A stretch of 64,000 nt of DNA from Escherichia coli (GTDB lineage Bacteria > Pseudomonadota > Gammaproteobacteria > Enterobacterales > Enterobacteriaceae), in the NCBI RefSeq assembly GCF_044324785.1, contig NZ_CP172127.1. One strand, given 5' to 3'. Below, piece by piece: positions 1 to 10,802 of the stretch. The notes beneath the pieces are model-generated. The model was not told where the DNA came from. It searched no databases and was given only the letters and a program-made list of their open reading frames with translations. The translations under genes and the position numbers were made by a program. Positions within the stretch are counted from its first letter, which is position 1. Each line of letters starts with the position of its first letter.

Positions 1-1
1 C

Positions 2-196
2 GAAGGCATTTTGCCGGATCTGTTCCGTGAAGGGCAGGGCGTTGTGGTGCAGGGCGAACTGGAAAAAGGCAATCATATCCTCGCGAAAGAAGTGCTGGCG
101 AAACACGATGAAAACTACACGCCGCCAGAAGTTGAGAAAGCGATGGAAGCCAATCACCGTCGCCCGGCGAGTGTTTATAAGGACCCAGCATCATGA
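2..196 (+). CDS. ccmE: Cytochrome c-type biogenesis heme chaperone CcmE, C-terminal fragment (5' end lies outside the window)
   Basis: Open frame entering from the window edge; C-terminus matches recalled CcmE; stop overlaps the ccmF start (ATGA-type coupling). Confidence 0.85.
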
Positions 197-2136
197 TGCC
201 GGAAATTGGTAACGGACTGCTGTGTCTGGCGCTAGGAGTTGCGCTGCTGCTGTCCGTGTATCCGCTATGGGGCGTAGCGCGCGGAGATGCGCGCATGATG
301 GCGTCTTCCCGCTTGTTTGCCTGGCTGCTGTTTATGTCTGTGGCTGGCGCATTTCTGGTACTGGTCAATGCCTTCGTGGTCAACGACTTTACCGTCACCT
401 ATGTTGCCAGCAACTCCAATACCCAGCTCCCGGTGTGGTATCGCGTGGCGGCTACCTGGGGCGCGCATGAAGGCTCGCTCCTGCTGTGGGTGCTGCTGAT
501 GAGCGGCTGGACCTTTGCGGTAGCGATTTTTAGTCAGCGTATTCCGCTGGATATTGTGGCCCGTGTACTGGCGATAATGGGGATGGTCAGTGTCGGCTTT
601 TTGCTGTTCATTCTCTTTACCTCTAACCCGTTCTCACGCACGCTGCCGAATTTCCCGATTGAAGGGCGCGATCTTAACCCGCTGTTGCAGGATCCGGGGC
701 TGATCTTCCATCCGCCTCTGCTCTATATGGGGTACGTCGGTTTCTCGGTGGCGTTTGCTTTCGCCATTGCTTCTTTGTTGAGTGGGCGTCTGGACAGCAC
801 CTATGCGCGTTTTACCCGTCCGTGGACGCTGGCAGCGTGGATCTTCCTGACGCTCGGCATTGTGCTCGGTTCCGCATGGGCCTATTACGAACTCGGCTGG
901 GGTGGCTGGTGGTTCTGGGATCCGGTAGAAAACGCCTCGTTTATGCCGTGGCTGGTGGGGACTGCGCTGATGCACTCACTGGCGGTCACTGAACAACGCG
1001 CCAGCTTCAAAGCGTGGACATTACTGCTGGCAATCAGTGCCTTCTCGTTGTGTCTGTTGGGGACTTTCCTCGTGCGTTCCGGCGTGCTGGTATCGGTACA
1101 CGCGTTTGCCTCTGATCCGGCGCGCGGCATGTTTATCCTCGCCTTTATGGTGCTGGTGATTGGCGGTTCGCTGCTGCTGTTTGCCGCGCGTGGACACAAA
1201 GTTCGCTCACGCGTAAACAATGCGCTGTGGTCGCGAGAATCTCTGCTGTTAGCGAACAACGTTTTGCTGGTCGCCGCGATGCTGGTGGTGTTGCTGGGGA
1301 CGCTGCTGCCGCTGGTGCACAAGCAACTGGGACTGGGCAGTATTTCGATTGGCGAACCGTTCTTCAACACCATGTTTACCTGGCTGATGGTGCCGTTTGC
1401 GCTACTGCTGGGTGTCGGTCCTCTGGTGCGCTGGGGGCGCGATCGCCCACGTAAAATCCGCAATTTATTGATTATCGCCTTCATCTCAACGCTGGTGCTG
1501 TCGCTGCTGTTGCCGTGGCTGTTCGAAAGCAAAGTTGTGGCGATGACGGTGCTCGGCCTGGCAATGGCCTGCTGGATTGCGGTGCTGGCAATTGCGGAAG
1601 CTGCGCTGCGTATTTCACGCGGCACGAAAACCACCTTCAGTTATTGGGGAATGGTGGCGGCTCACCTGGGGCTGGCAGTGACAATTGTTGGTATTGCCTT
1701 TAGCCAGAACTATAGCGTTGAGCGTGATGTGCGCATGAAGTCCGGCGATAGCGTCGATATTCATGAATATCGCTTCACCTTCCGTGATGTCAAAGAGGTG
1801 ACTGGCCCGAACTGGCGTGGCGGTGTGGCGACTATCGGCGTAACGCGCGATGGCAAGCCGGAAACGGTGCTGTATGCGGAAAAACGTTATTACAACACTG
1901 CCGGGTCGATGATGACCGAAGCGGCGATTGACGGCGGCATCACGCGTGACCTGTACGCCGCGCTCGGTGAAGAGCTGGAAAACGGCGCGTGGGCCGTGCG
2001 TCTTTACTACAAACCGTTTGTTCGCTGGATTTGGGCGGGCGGGCTGATGATGGCATTGGGCGGGCTGCTGTGCCTGTTTGATCCTCGCTATCGTAAGCGC
2101 GTGAACCCGCAGAAAACTGCGCCGGAGGCTGTATGA
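193..2136 (+). CDS. ccmF: Cytochrome c heme lyase subunit CcmF
   Basis: 647-aa polytopic membrane protein, Trp-rich WWD-like segment; position between ccmE and ccmG. Confidence 0.95.
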
Positions 2137-2690
2137 AGCGCAAAGTATTGTTAATTCCTTTGATTATCTTCCTGGCGATTGCCGCGGCGCTGCTGTGGCA
2201 GCTGGCGCGTAATGCCGAAGGGGATGATCCGACCAATCTGGAATCGGCGCTCATTGGCAAGCCGGTGCCGAAGTTTCGCCTCGAATCACTGGACAATCCG
2301 GGGCAGTTTTATCAGGCGGATGTTCTGACTCAGGGCAAACCGGTGCTGCTTAACGTCTGGGCGACCTGGTGTCCGACCTGCCGTGCGGAACATCAATATC
2401 TGAATCAGCTTTCTGCGCAGGGCATCCGCGTGGTCGGCATGAACTATAAAGACGATCGCCAGAAGGCAATCAGCTGGCTGAAAGAGCTGGGCAATCCTTA
2501 CGCGCTAAGCCTGTTTGATGGCGATGGCATGTTAGGGCTGGATCTCGGTGTCTATGGCGCGCCAGAAACGTTCCTTATTGACGGCAACGGCATCATTCGC
2601 TATCGCCATGCGGGCGATCTCAATCCTCGCGTCTGGGAGGAAGAGATCAAGCCGCTGTGGGAGAAATACAGTAAGGAGGCCGCACAATGA
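2133..2690 (+). CDS. ccmG: Periplasmic thiol:disulfide oxidoreductase CcmG/DsbE
   Basis: 185 aa, N-terminal membrane anchor, thioredoxin-like WCPTC motif; 4-nt overlap with ccmF. Confidence 0.95.
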   Translation: MKRKVLLIPLIIFLAIAAALLWQLARNAEGDDPTNLESALIGKPVPKFRLESLDNPGQFYQADVLTQGKPVLLNVWATWCPTCRAEHQYLNQLSAQGIRVVGMNYKDDRQKAISWLKELGNPYALSLFDGDGMLGLDLGVYGAPETFLIDGNGIIRYRHAGDLNPRVWEEEIKPLWEKYSKEAAQ

Positions 2691-3739
2691 GGTTTTTATT
2701 GGGCGTGCTGATGCTGATGATCTCCGGCTCAGCGCTGGCGACCATCGACGTGTTGCAGTTTAAAGATGAAGCACAGGAACAACAGTTCCGTCAGCTCACT
2801 GAAGAACTGCGCTGCCCGAAATGCCAGAACAACAGCATTGCCGATTCCAACTCGATGATTGCTACCGACCTGCGCCAGAAAGTGTATGAACTGATGCAGG
2901 AAGGTAAAAGTAAGAAAGAGATTGTCGATTATATGGTGGCGCGTTACGGCAACTTCGTCACTTACGATCCGCCGTTAACGCCGCTGACCGTGCTGCTGTG
3001 GGTGCTTCCGGTAGTGGCTATTGGCATTGGCGGTTGGGTCATTTACGCCCGTTCGCGGCGTCGGGTACGCGTGGTGCCGGACGCGTTTCCTGAACAAAGC
3101 GTGCCGGAAGGTAAGCGTGCCGGATATGTTGTTTATCTGCCGGGTATTGTGGTGGCGTTAATTGTGGCTGGCGTCAGCTACTACCAGACGGGCAATTATC
3201 AGCAGGTGAAAATCTGGCAGCAGGCCACGGCACAGGCTCCGGCGTTACTGGACAGGGCGCTGGATCCGAAAGCCGATCCGCTCAACGAAGAAGAGATGTC
3301 GCGCCTTGCGCTGGGGATGCGTACTCAACTGCAAAAAAATCCGGGAGATATAGAAGGCTGGATTATGTTGGGCCGCGTTGGTATGGCGCTGGGTAACGCC
3401 AGTATCGCCACCGATGCATACGCCACTGCGTATCGCCTCGATCCGAAGAACAGCGATGCTGCACTGGGATACGCTGAAGCGTTGACACGTTCATCTGATC
3501 CCAACGACAACCGTCTCGGCGGCGAACTGCTACGTCAGCTGGTGAGAACGGACCATAGCAATATCCGTGTGTTAAGCATGTATGCGTTTAATGCCTTTGA
3601 GCAGCAGCGATTTGGCGAAGCCGTTGCCGCGTGGGAGATGATGTTGAAACTCTTACCTGCCAACGATACTCGCCGTGCGGTGATTGAACGTAGTATCGCG
3701 CAGGCGATGCAACATTTGTCGCCGCAGGAGAGTAAATAA
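2687..3739 (+). CDS. ccmH: Cytochrome c maturation protein CcmH (fused CcmH/CcmI type)
   Basis: 350 aa, signal peptide, LRCPKC motif, TPR-like C-terminal half; 4-nt overlap with ccmG. Confidence 0.95.
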   Translation: MRFLLGVLMLMISGSALATIDVLQFKDEAQEQQFRQLTEELRCPKCQNNSIADSNSMIATDLRQKVYELMQEGKSKKEIVDYMVARYGNFVTYDPPLTPLTVLLWVLPVVAIGIGGWVIYARSRRRVRVVPDAFPEQSVPEGKRAGYVVYLPGIVVALIVAGVSYYQTGNYQQVKIWQQATAQAPALLDRALDPKADPLNEEEMSRLALGMRTQLQKNPGDIEGWIMLGRVGMALGNASIATDAYATAYRLDPKNSDAALGYAEALTRSSDPNDNRLGGELLRQLVRTDHSNIRVLSMYAFNAFEQQRFGEAVAAWEMMLKLLPANDTRRAVIERSIAQAMQHLSPQESK

Positions 3740-3745
3740 AAAGAG

Positions 3746-3776
3746 GCCCGATGGTGATGCCATCGGGCTATTTTTA
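3746..3776. terminator. Bidirectional rho-independent terminator between convergent ccmH and narP
   Basis: 9-bp stem gcccgatgg/ccatcgggc with 5-nt loop, A-run upstream and T-run downstream. Confidence 0.7.
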
Positions 3777-4421
3777 TTGTGCCCCGCGTTGTTGCAGGAA
3801 CAGAATGGTGGCCGCCACGCGTGAGCGGACATTGAGTTTACGCAGCAGATTGCGAATGTGTACTTTTACTGTCTGCTCGGAAATATTCAACACCGAGGCA
3901 ATCTGTTTATTTGACAGCCCCTGTGCCAGCTCGTGCAGAACATCCAGTTCGCGCTCCGTCAGCACGCTGAAGGGATCTTCTTCCGCGCCAAACATTTCAC
4001 GTTCACGTAAGTACTGATTGACGCGTTCGCTAAAGACTTTGCTGCCTTTCGCTCCGGCACGAATCGCTTCCAGCAACACTTCCGGGTCGCTGTCTTTCAA
4101 CAGATAACCGTCTGCGCCTGCGTCTATCAGCGCAAAGACATCGCTGGAGGCATCGGATACGGTCAGGATAATAATTTGCGCGGTAACGCCATCCCTGCGC
4201 AAGGCATTGAGGGTATCCAGGCCACTCATACCTTTCATATTGAGATCCAGCAAGATCACGTCGATATCCAGTCTATTCGCCAGATCGATCGCGCTCGCGC
4301 CGTCGCCCGCTTCGGCGACCACTTCAAAGCCAGGATCAAGCTCCAGTAACTGACGAACACCGCGTCGCATAAGTGGATGATCATCCACAATCATCACCTG
4401 AAAAGGCGTTGCTTCAGGCAT
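3774..4421 (-). CDS. narP: Nitrate/nitrite response regulator NarP (LuxR/FixJ-type)
   Basis: Receiver domain (MIVDDHPL...) plus C-terminal LuxR-type HTH; start chosen at the internal Met (MPEATPF), not the longer ORF-track start. Confidence 0.9.
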   Translation of the reverse strand: MPEATPFQVMIVDDHPLMRRGVRQLLELDPGFEVVAEAGDGASAIDLANRLDIDVILLDLNMKGMSGLDTLNALRRDGVTAQIIILTVSDASSDVFALIDAGADGYLLKDSDPEVLLEAIRAGAKGSKVFSERVNQYLREREMFGAEEDPFSVLTERELDVLHELAQGLSNKQIASVLNISEQTVKVHIRNLLRKLNVRSRVAATILFLQQRGAQ

Positions 4422-4741
4422 AGTAGTCTCCTGAGGTTTTATTAGAATCATTATGTTTGAGCGTAGCGTTGGTAACGCTACCAGGCGCGTGAATGTTACC
4501 CCATTTTATGTATGGACATGTAGTGAAAACTACAACCTTGTCGTTCGCTTTGGCATCATTTTCATTATAAAGACGGAATTTTGCATCAGCTTCTCATCAA
4601 GAAAAACAACTAAAAAATCAATCACAATACTTGTGCATTTCTTTAAACAGTTTTTAAAAAACTGACTCCGGGTATGGAGCTATGGGTATTTTCTTTACCC
4701 AATGCTTTTAACAGCAATTAATTTCATAGGATGAAAGCTCA

Positions 4742-7333
4742 ATGCATCAATCTGGTTCTGTTTCTCTTTGTCGTTCCGCAATATCTGTTCTGGTGGCTAC
4801 AGCGTTATATTCACCCATAGCATTGGCATCAACTGTTGAGTATGGTGAGACAGTTGATGGTGTTGTCCTGGAAAAAGATATCCAGCTGGTTTATGGGACC
4901 GCCAATAATACGAAAATCAATCCTGGCGGAGAACAGCATATAAAAGAATTTGGTGTAAGTAGTAATACTGAAATTAACGGAGGGTATCAGTACATTGAAA
5001 TGAATGGCACCGCAGAATACTCAGTATTAAATGACGGTTATCAAATTGTTCAAATGGGTGGCGCGGCAAACCAGACTACCCTCAATAATGGTGTGCTACA
5101 GGTTTATGGCGCAGCGAATGATCCCACGATTAAAGGCGGGCGCTTAATCGTTGAAAAAGATGGGATTACCGTCCTTGCCGCTATCGAAAAGGGAGGATTA
5201 CTGGAGGTTAAAGAGGGGGGATTAGCGATTGCGGTAGATCAGAAAGCAGGCGGTGCGATTAAAGCAAGCACGCGGGTCATGGAGGTATTCGGAACAAACC
5301 GTCTCGGTCAGTTCGAAATCAAGAATGGTATTGCTAACAATATGCTGTTGGAAAACGGCGGAAGTTTGCGAGTTGAAGAAAATGACTTCGCTTATAATAC
5401 CACTGTGGATAGTGGCGGCTTACTGGAGGTTATGGATGGCGGGACTGCAACTGGCGTTGATAAAAAAGCAGGCGGAAAATTAATTGTCTCAACGAATGCG
5501 CTGGAAGTGAGTGGTACAAACAGTAAAGGCCAATTTAGTATAAAAGATGGTGTGTCAAAAAATTATGAACTGGATGATGGTTCCGGGCTCATTGTTATGG
5601 AGGACACGCAGGCCATTGACACTATCCTTGATGAGCATGCCACTATGCAATCGCTGGGAAAGGATACTGGGACGAGAGTGCAGGCAAATGCGGTATATGA
5701 TCTCGGTCGATCAGATCAGAATGGAAGTATCACGTATTCCTCAAAAGCCATCTCTGAAAATATGGTTATCAACAATGGCCGCGCTAACGTCTGGGCTGGC
5801 ACAATGGTTAACGTTTCAGTCAGAGGGAATGATGGCATTCTTGAAGTCATGAAGCCGCAAATAAATTATGCGCCCGCAATGTTGGTGGGTAAGGTAGTGG
5901 TTTCTGAGGGCGCTTCTTTTAGAACGCATGGTGCCGTGGATACCAGCAAAGCGGATGTTTCGCTCGAAAATAGCGCATGGACCATCATTGCCGATATCAC
6001 TACGACGAACCAAAACACCCGCCTCAATATAGCCAACCTTGCGATGTCTGGCGCAAATGTGATTATGATGGCTGAGCCAGTGACTCGTTCATCTGTGACG
6101 GCAAGTGCGGAAAATTTCATTACGTTGACCACTAATACCCTGTCGGGAAACGGCAATTTTTATATGCGTACCGATATGGCCAATCATCAGAGCGATCAGC
6201 TCAACGTGGCCGGACAGGCAACAGGTGATTTCAAAATATTCGTGACGGACACCGGTGCCAGCCCGGCAGCAGGAGATAGCCTTACACTGGTAACAACGGG
6301 CGGCGGTGATGCTGCATTTACGTTGGGCAATGCCGGAGGCGTTGTTGATATCGGTACGTATGAATATACCTTGCTGGATAATGGCAACCATAGCTGGAGT
6401 TTGGCAGAGAATCGCGCGCAAATTACCCCTTCAACCACTGATGTGCTGAATATGGCGGCCGCACAACCGCTGGTATTTGATGCAGAACTGGACACCGTGC
6501 GTGAGCGTCTTGGTAGCGTAAAAGGCGTTAATTACGATACGGCGATGTGGAGTTCGGCAATTAACACCCGCAACAACGTGACCACTGATGCGGGAGCTGG
6601 CTTTGAGCAAACATTGACGGGGCTGACGCTCGGTATCGATAGCCGTTTCTCCCGTGAAGAAAGCAGCACAATTCGCGGCTTGTTCTTTGGTTACTCTCAT
6701 TCTGATATTGGTTTTGATCGCGGCGGCAAAGGCAATATTGATAGCTACACCTTGGGGGCTTATGCCGGTTGGGAGCATCAGAACGGTGCCTATGTTGATG
6801 GGGTGGTGAAAGTTGACCGTTTTGCCAACACCATCCATGGCAAGATGAGTAATGGGGCAACAGCGTTTGGCGATTACAATAGTAACGGCGCGGGTGCTCA
6901 TGTCGAGAGCGGGTTCCGTTGGGTTGACGGATTGTGGAGTGTTAGACCCTATCTCGCCTTTACCGGCTTTACCACAGATGGTCAGGACTACACGTTATCA
7001 AACGGCATGCGCGCGGATGTGGGAAATACCCGGATATTACGCGCTGAAGCGGGAACGGCGGTAAGCTATCACATGGACCTGCAAAACGGTACGACGTTGG
7101 AACCCTGGCTGAAAGCCGCCGTGCGTCAGGAATACGCCGATTCTAACCAGGTGAAAGTTAATGACGATGGCAAATTTAATAATGATGTGGCTGGAACCCG
7201 TGGCGTTTATCAGGCTGGGATAAGGTCATCGTTTACCCCGACGTTAAGCGGTCATTTGTCTGTCAGCTATGGCAATGGCGCAGGGGTAGAATCACCGTGG
7301 AATACTCAGGCGGGTGTGGTCTGGTCGTTCTGA
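4742..7333 (+). CDS. yejO: Autotransporter (type Va) outer-membrane protein, adhesin-like
   Basis: 863 aa; N-terminal signal peptide, Gly/Asn/Thr-rich repetitive passenger, C-terminal beta-barrel region ending in aromatic residue (…VVWSF). Confidence 0.85.
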   Translation: MHQSGSVSLCRSAISVLVATALYSPIALASTVEYGETVDGVVLEKDIQLVYGTANNTKINPGGEQHIKEFGVSSNTEINGGYQYIEMNGTAEYSVLNDGYQIVQMGGAANQTTLNNGVLQVYGAANDPTIKGGRLIVEKDGITVLAAIEKGGLLEVKEGGLAIAVDQKAGGAIKASTRVMEVFGTNRLGQFEIKNGIANNMLLENGGSLRVEENDFAYNTTVDSGGLLEVMDGGTATGVDKKAGGKLIVSTNALEVSGTNSKGQFSIKDGVSKNYELDDGSGLIVMEDTQAIDTILDEHATMQSLGKDTGTRVQANAVYDLGRSDQNGSITYSSKAISENMVINNGRANVWAGTMVNVSVRGNDGILEVMKPQINYAPAMLVGKVVVSEGASFRTHGAVDTSKADVSLENSAWTIIADITTTNQNTRLNIANLAMSGANVIMMAEPVTRSSVTASAENFITLTTNTLSGNGNFYMRTDMANHQSDQLNVAGQATGDFKIFVTDTGASPAAGDSLTLVTTGGGDAAFTLGNAGGVVDIGTYEYTLLDNGNHSWSLAENRAQITPSTTDVLNMAAAQPLVFDAELDTVRERLGSVKGVNYDTAMWSSAINTRNNVTTDAGAGFEQTLTGLTLGIDSRFSREESSTIRGLFFGYSHSDIGFDRGGKGNIDSYTLGAYAGWEHQNGAYVDGVVKVDRFANTIHGKMSNGATAFGDYNSNGAGAHVESGFRWVDGLWSVRPYLAFTGFTTDGQDYTLSNGMRADVGNTRILRAEAGTAVSYHMDLQNGTTLEPWLKAAVRQEYADSNQVKVNDDGKFNNDVAGTRGVYQAGIRSSFTPTLSGHLSVSYGNGAGVESPWNTQAGVVWSF

Positions 7334-7394
7334 TAACAGACAATAAACAGGCCGTGATGTGTCGCGGTCTGTTTATCGAATTAAATGCAGATAT

Positions 7395-7427
7395 AAAAAA
7401 ACCAACCGTAAAGGTTGGTTTTTTTTT
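7395..7427. terminator. Bidirectional rho-independent terminator (serves yejO and tRNA-Pro)
   Basis: A-run, stem accaacc/ggttggt, then 8-T run; symmetric, so functional on both strands. Confidence 0.8.
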
Positions 7428-7435
7428 GGGATTTT

Positions 7436-7512
7436 TGGTCGGCACGAGAGGATTTGAACCTCCGACCCCCGACACCCCATGACGGTGCGCTACCAGGCTG
7501 CGCTACGTGCCG
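7436..7512 (-). tRNA. proL: tRNA-Pro
   Basis: 77-nt sequence with cloverleaf-compatible arms, T-loop GGTTCAAATCC and 3' CCA (reverse complement of the given strand); matches recalled proL. Confidence 0.9.
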
Positions 7513-7586
7513 ACTCGTGGCTGCTAATACTACCGTTTTCCACACCGATTGCAAGTAAGATATTTTGCTAACTGATTTATAATTAA

Positions 7587-9347
7587 TCAGTTAGCGATAA
7601 AACGCTTCTCGTCTGTCAGTACTTGCAATAACAAACTTAACTGTGGTTTTTCATCTTTCACTCTTTCACCACGTAAGTTGTAAGTACGGTATTTACCGTT
7701 ATTGTTCAGCACCAGCGTCTTTTTCGGGGTGGTAATTGCCAGCGTATCGTTATCCGCGGCGGTAACCCAGTAATGACGGCGTTGAGGGTTGAACAAATCC
7801 TGACCTTGCGAATATTCGCTGGCAGGTGTGCTGACATGTAGCAGGCGTTGCATCAGCGTCGTCATCAGATCGGTATGATCAGTCAGAGCATTAATACGCT
7901 GCGCCGGCGTGCCTGGCCAGTGAATCACTAATGGTACCTGCAGATGACCGTGAGACCAGTCAAAGGTTTCTTCCTCTTCGCTCAGCGGAATACCCCGACC
8001 GGCAGTGATAATCACCACCGTATTGTCCAGTTTGCCAGAATCACGCAGTGCATTGAGCACGCGGTTGATCTGGTCATCGACATTGCCTGCCGCCCGGCTA
8101 TATTTCCGTGAAAATGCCTGCTGATTGCTGTCGTCAATGTTAGTGCCATTGAAAGAGACCCACGAGAACCAGCGGTTATCTTCTTGTGCGTAGCGGCCCA
8201 GCCAGTTGATCCACTGCGTGGCGGTCTGCTCGTCGGATTGGGTACGTACGCTCGGCATCGAGAAATCTGACAACAATGCCTGGCGATACAGCGGGCTGGT
8301 AAAGCCATCCGACGAGAATAACCCCAGCTGATAGCCTTGCTGATTAAGCGCAGTAATTAACGCCGCAGGCGTACGAGTCGACAGAATGCCGTCCATATAG
8401 CTCGGCGAGATGCCATAGAACAGGCCAAAGATGCCGTTGTCTGTAGTGTTGCCGGAGCTCATATGGCGCGTGAACGAAATATTTTGCTCAGCAAAACCTG
8501 CCAGCGCAGGCATCTGCTTCTCGAAGCGTGAGTAGTTCAGGCCATCGACAGTAATCAACAGCACATTCTGCCCGGTGCCCATATCGCGATAGCGCAGTTC
8601 GCTTAACGGATACTGAACGGAAACGGCGTCTGGATTACCTTGCTCAATGAGACGGCGTTGATATTCCTGCGCATCCAGCAGACCATGCTTCTCAAGAAAA
8701 CGTCGCGCCGTCATCGGATACGAAAGCGGCAGGTTAGCGCGCTGCATGGTGATCGGGCGATAGAAGTTGGCATCGGCCCAGATATACACCACATGCGAGG
8801 CGATAAAGGCGATAAATAAGAATGCGGCCAGCGGGCGCGCGAAGCGTCGACGACGCGTCAGGCTTCGCAGCTTTTGCCAGCTCCACGTCGCAAACACCAG
8901 TTCAAGCAATAAAATAACCGGCACGCTGATGAACATCAGCTGCCAGTCGCGCGCCATCTCATTTTCGTCTGGGTTGATAATCAGCTGCCAGACGATGGGA
9001 TTAAGATGGAGATGGAAACGAGTAAAGACTTCGCTATCGATCAGTAATAGCGTCATTCCCGCCGTTGCCAGAATGACGGACAAAAACCTCATCAGCCTCT
9101 GGGAGCCGACGATAAAGGTCAGCGGGAAGAGGATCAGCAAGTAGGTGGCGAACACCAGGAAGCTGAAATGGCCGATAATGCTTACGTAGGAATAAATGCG
9201 ACCAGCAAGCGTTGTCGGCCAGTCGGCGATAAACAGGTAACGGCTGCCAATGACGAGCGAAAGCAGAATATTGAACAGTGCAAACCAGTGCCCCCAACTG
9301 ACCATCTGGGAGACTTTTTCACGGTAGCGCTGACGATGAGTTACCAT
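7587..9347 (-). CDS. yejM: Inner-membrane protein YejM (PbgA/LapC), LPS/cardiolipin homeostasis, sulfatase-like periplasmic domain
   Basis: 586 aa; N-terminal multi-TM region followed by large soluble domain. Confidence 0.9.
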   Translation of the reverse strand: MVTHRQRYREKVSQMVSWGHWFALFNILLSLVIGSRYLFIADWPTTLAGRIYSYVSIIGHFSFLVFATYLLILFPLTFIVGSQRLMRFLSVILATAGMTLLLIDSEVFTRFHLHLNPIVWQLIINPDENEMARDWQLMFISVPVILLLELVFATWSWQKLRSLTRRRRFARPLAAFLFIAFIASHVVYIWADANFYRPITMQRANLPLSYPMTARRFLEKHGLLDAQEYQRRLIEQGNPDAVSVQYPLSELRYRDMGTGQNVLLITVDGLNYSRFEKQMPALAGFAEQNISFTRHMSSGNTTDNGIFGLFYGISPSYMDGILSTRTPAALITALNQQGYQLGLFSSDGFTSPLYRQALLSDFSMPSVRTQSDEQTATQWINWLGRYAQEDNRWFSWVSFNGTNIDDSNQQAFSRKYSRAAGNVDDQINRVLNALRDSGKLDNTVVIITAGRGIPLSEEEETFDWSHGHLQVPLVIHWPGTPAQRINALTDHTDLMTTLMQRLLHVSTPASEYSQGQDLFNPQRRHYWVTAADNDTLAITTPKKTLVLNNNGKYRTYNLRGERVKDEKPQLSLLLQVLTDEKRFIAN

Positions 9348-9366
9348 AACCTGTTATCTGTTTCCC

Positions 9367-9594
9367 TTAGTGCGCTTTGTCTTCGTTGATAGAGGACTGT
9401 AAGGCGCGGGCAAAAGAGTTGGCAATTGCCTGGCGTTGGGCCGGGGCAATGCTGGTGTTGATAAGGTTAGTGACCATGTTGCCTAACACCATCAGGGAAA
9501 GGTCGGTCGGAGCCTTATGTTTTTCCAGTACGTTGAGCAGCTCTGCGAGCAATTGTTCAACCTGTTCATCACTGTAGCGGGAAATTTGTGGCAT
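9367..9594 (-). CDS. yejL: Small conserved protein YejL (UPF0352)
   Basis: 75-aa ORF immediately upstream of yejM on the same strand; conserved synteny. Confidence 0.8.
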
Positions 9595-9775
9595 AAATCG
9601 AAATCAGTTAGTTGATGAAAGGGCAACATATTACCGTAGCAACGGTTTTTTTTCTGCTTTTTTATGCGTTAAATCATTCTCGTTACGCCGCCTTCTGTAA
9701 AATGACCGCCATCTTTTATTGCGTCGCTTAACCGGCGGTGGTTGAATACCGCCCGGTCTTAAAGGAGAGTTTATC

Positions 9776-10783
9776 ATGAGTCTGGATATCAACCAGATTG
9801 CTCTGCACCAGCTTATCAAGCGTGATGAGCAGAACCTTGAGCTGGTGTTGCGCGATTCATTGCTGGAACCGACGGAAACCGTCGTTGAGATGGTGGCAGA
9901 ACTGCATCGGGTCTATAGCGCCAAAAATAAAGCTTACGGCTTGTTTAGCGAAGAGAGTGAACTGGCGCAGACGCTGCGCTTACAGCGTCAGGGCGAAGAG
10001 GACTTTCTGGCATTTAGCCGCGCGGCAACCGGTCGCCTGCGTGACGAATTAGCGAAATATCCTTTTGCTGACGGTGGATTCGCGCTGTTTTGCCACTATC
10101 GCTATCTGGCGGTGGAGTATTTGCTGGTGGCAGTTCTGAGCAATCTGAGCAGTATGCGCGTTAACGAAAATCTCGACATCAACCCAACTCATTATCTTGA
10201 TATCAATCATGCGGATATTGTTGCGCGTATCGATTTAACCGAATGGGAAACCAATCCAGAGTCGACCCGCTATCTCACTTTCCTGAAAGGGCGAGTGGGG
10301 CGCAAAGTGGCTGATTTCTTTATGGATTTCCTCGGTGCCAGCGAAGGGTTGAACGCGAAAGCGCAAAACCGTGGGCTGTTACAAGCGGTCGATGATTTCA
10401 CTGCCGAAGCACAACTGGATAAAGCAGAGCGACAGAACGTGCGCCAGCAGGTTTATAGCTACTGTAATGAGCAGCTGCAGGCAGGTGAAGAGATTGAACT
10501 GGAATCGCTGTCGAAAGAGCTGGCAGGCGTCAGCGAAGTGAGCTTCACGGAGTTTGCGGCTGAAAAAGGCTACGAACTGGAAGAGAGCTTCCCGGCAGAC
10601 CGTAGCACACTGCGTCAGTTGACGAAGTTTGCCGGTAGCGGCGGTGGCTTGACTATTAATTTTGATGCGATGCTGTTGGGCGAACGGATTTTCTGGGATC
10701 CGGCGACCGATACCCTGACTATTAAAGGCACGCCGCCGAATTTGCGCGACCAATTGCAGCGCCGGACGTCTGGCGGCAATTAA
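9776..10783 (+). CDS. yejK: Nucleoid-associated protein YejK (NdpA)
   Basis: 335 aa, acidic; divergent from yejL; GGAG-type RBS upstream. Confidence 0.9.
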   Translation: MSLDINQIALHQLIKRDEQNLELVLRDSLLEPTETVVEMVAELHRVYSAKNKAYGLFSEESELAQTLRLQRQGEEDFLAFSRAATGRLRDELAKYPFADGGFALFCHYRYLAVEYLLVAVLSNLSSMRVNENLDINPTHYLDINHADIVARIDLTEWETNPESTRYLTFLKGRVGRKVADFFMDFLGASEGLNAKAQNRGLLQAVDDFTAEAQLDKAERQNVRQQVYSYCNEQLQAGEEIELESLSKELAGVSEVSFTEFAAEKGYELEESFPADRSTLRQLTKFAGSGGGLTINFDAMLLGERIFWDPATDTLTIKGTPPNLRDQLQRRTSGGN

Positions 10784-10802
10784 TCGGTTTTGTGTTCTGA
10801 AT

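Noticed and set aside
885-1634. 249-aa ORF on the minus strand inside ccmF.
   Set aside because: Antisense to a strongly supported conserved gene; Ser/Arg/Thr-rich composition typical of a spurious frame; no RBS.
4453-4665. 70-aa ORF in the narP-yejO intergenic region.
   Set aside because: No Shine-Dalgarno sequence; very AT-rich with Ile/Phe/Lys bias consistent with random translation of promoter DNA.
7333-7600. Possible integrase or phage attachment site next to tRNA-Pro.
   Set aside because: tRNA is flanked directly by yejO and yejM with only a terminator between; no integrase ORF and no obvious direct repeat of the tRNA 3' end.
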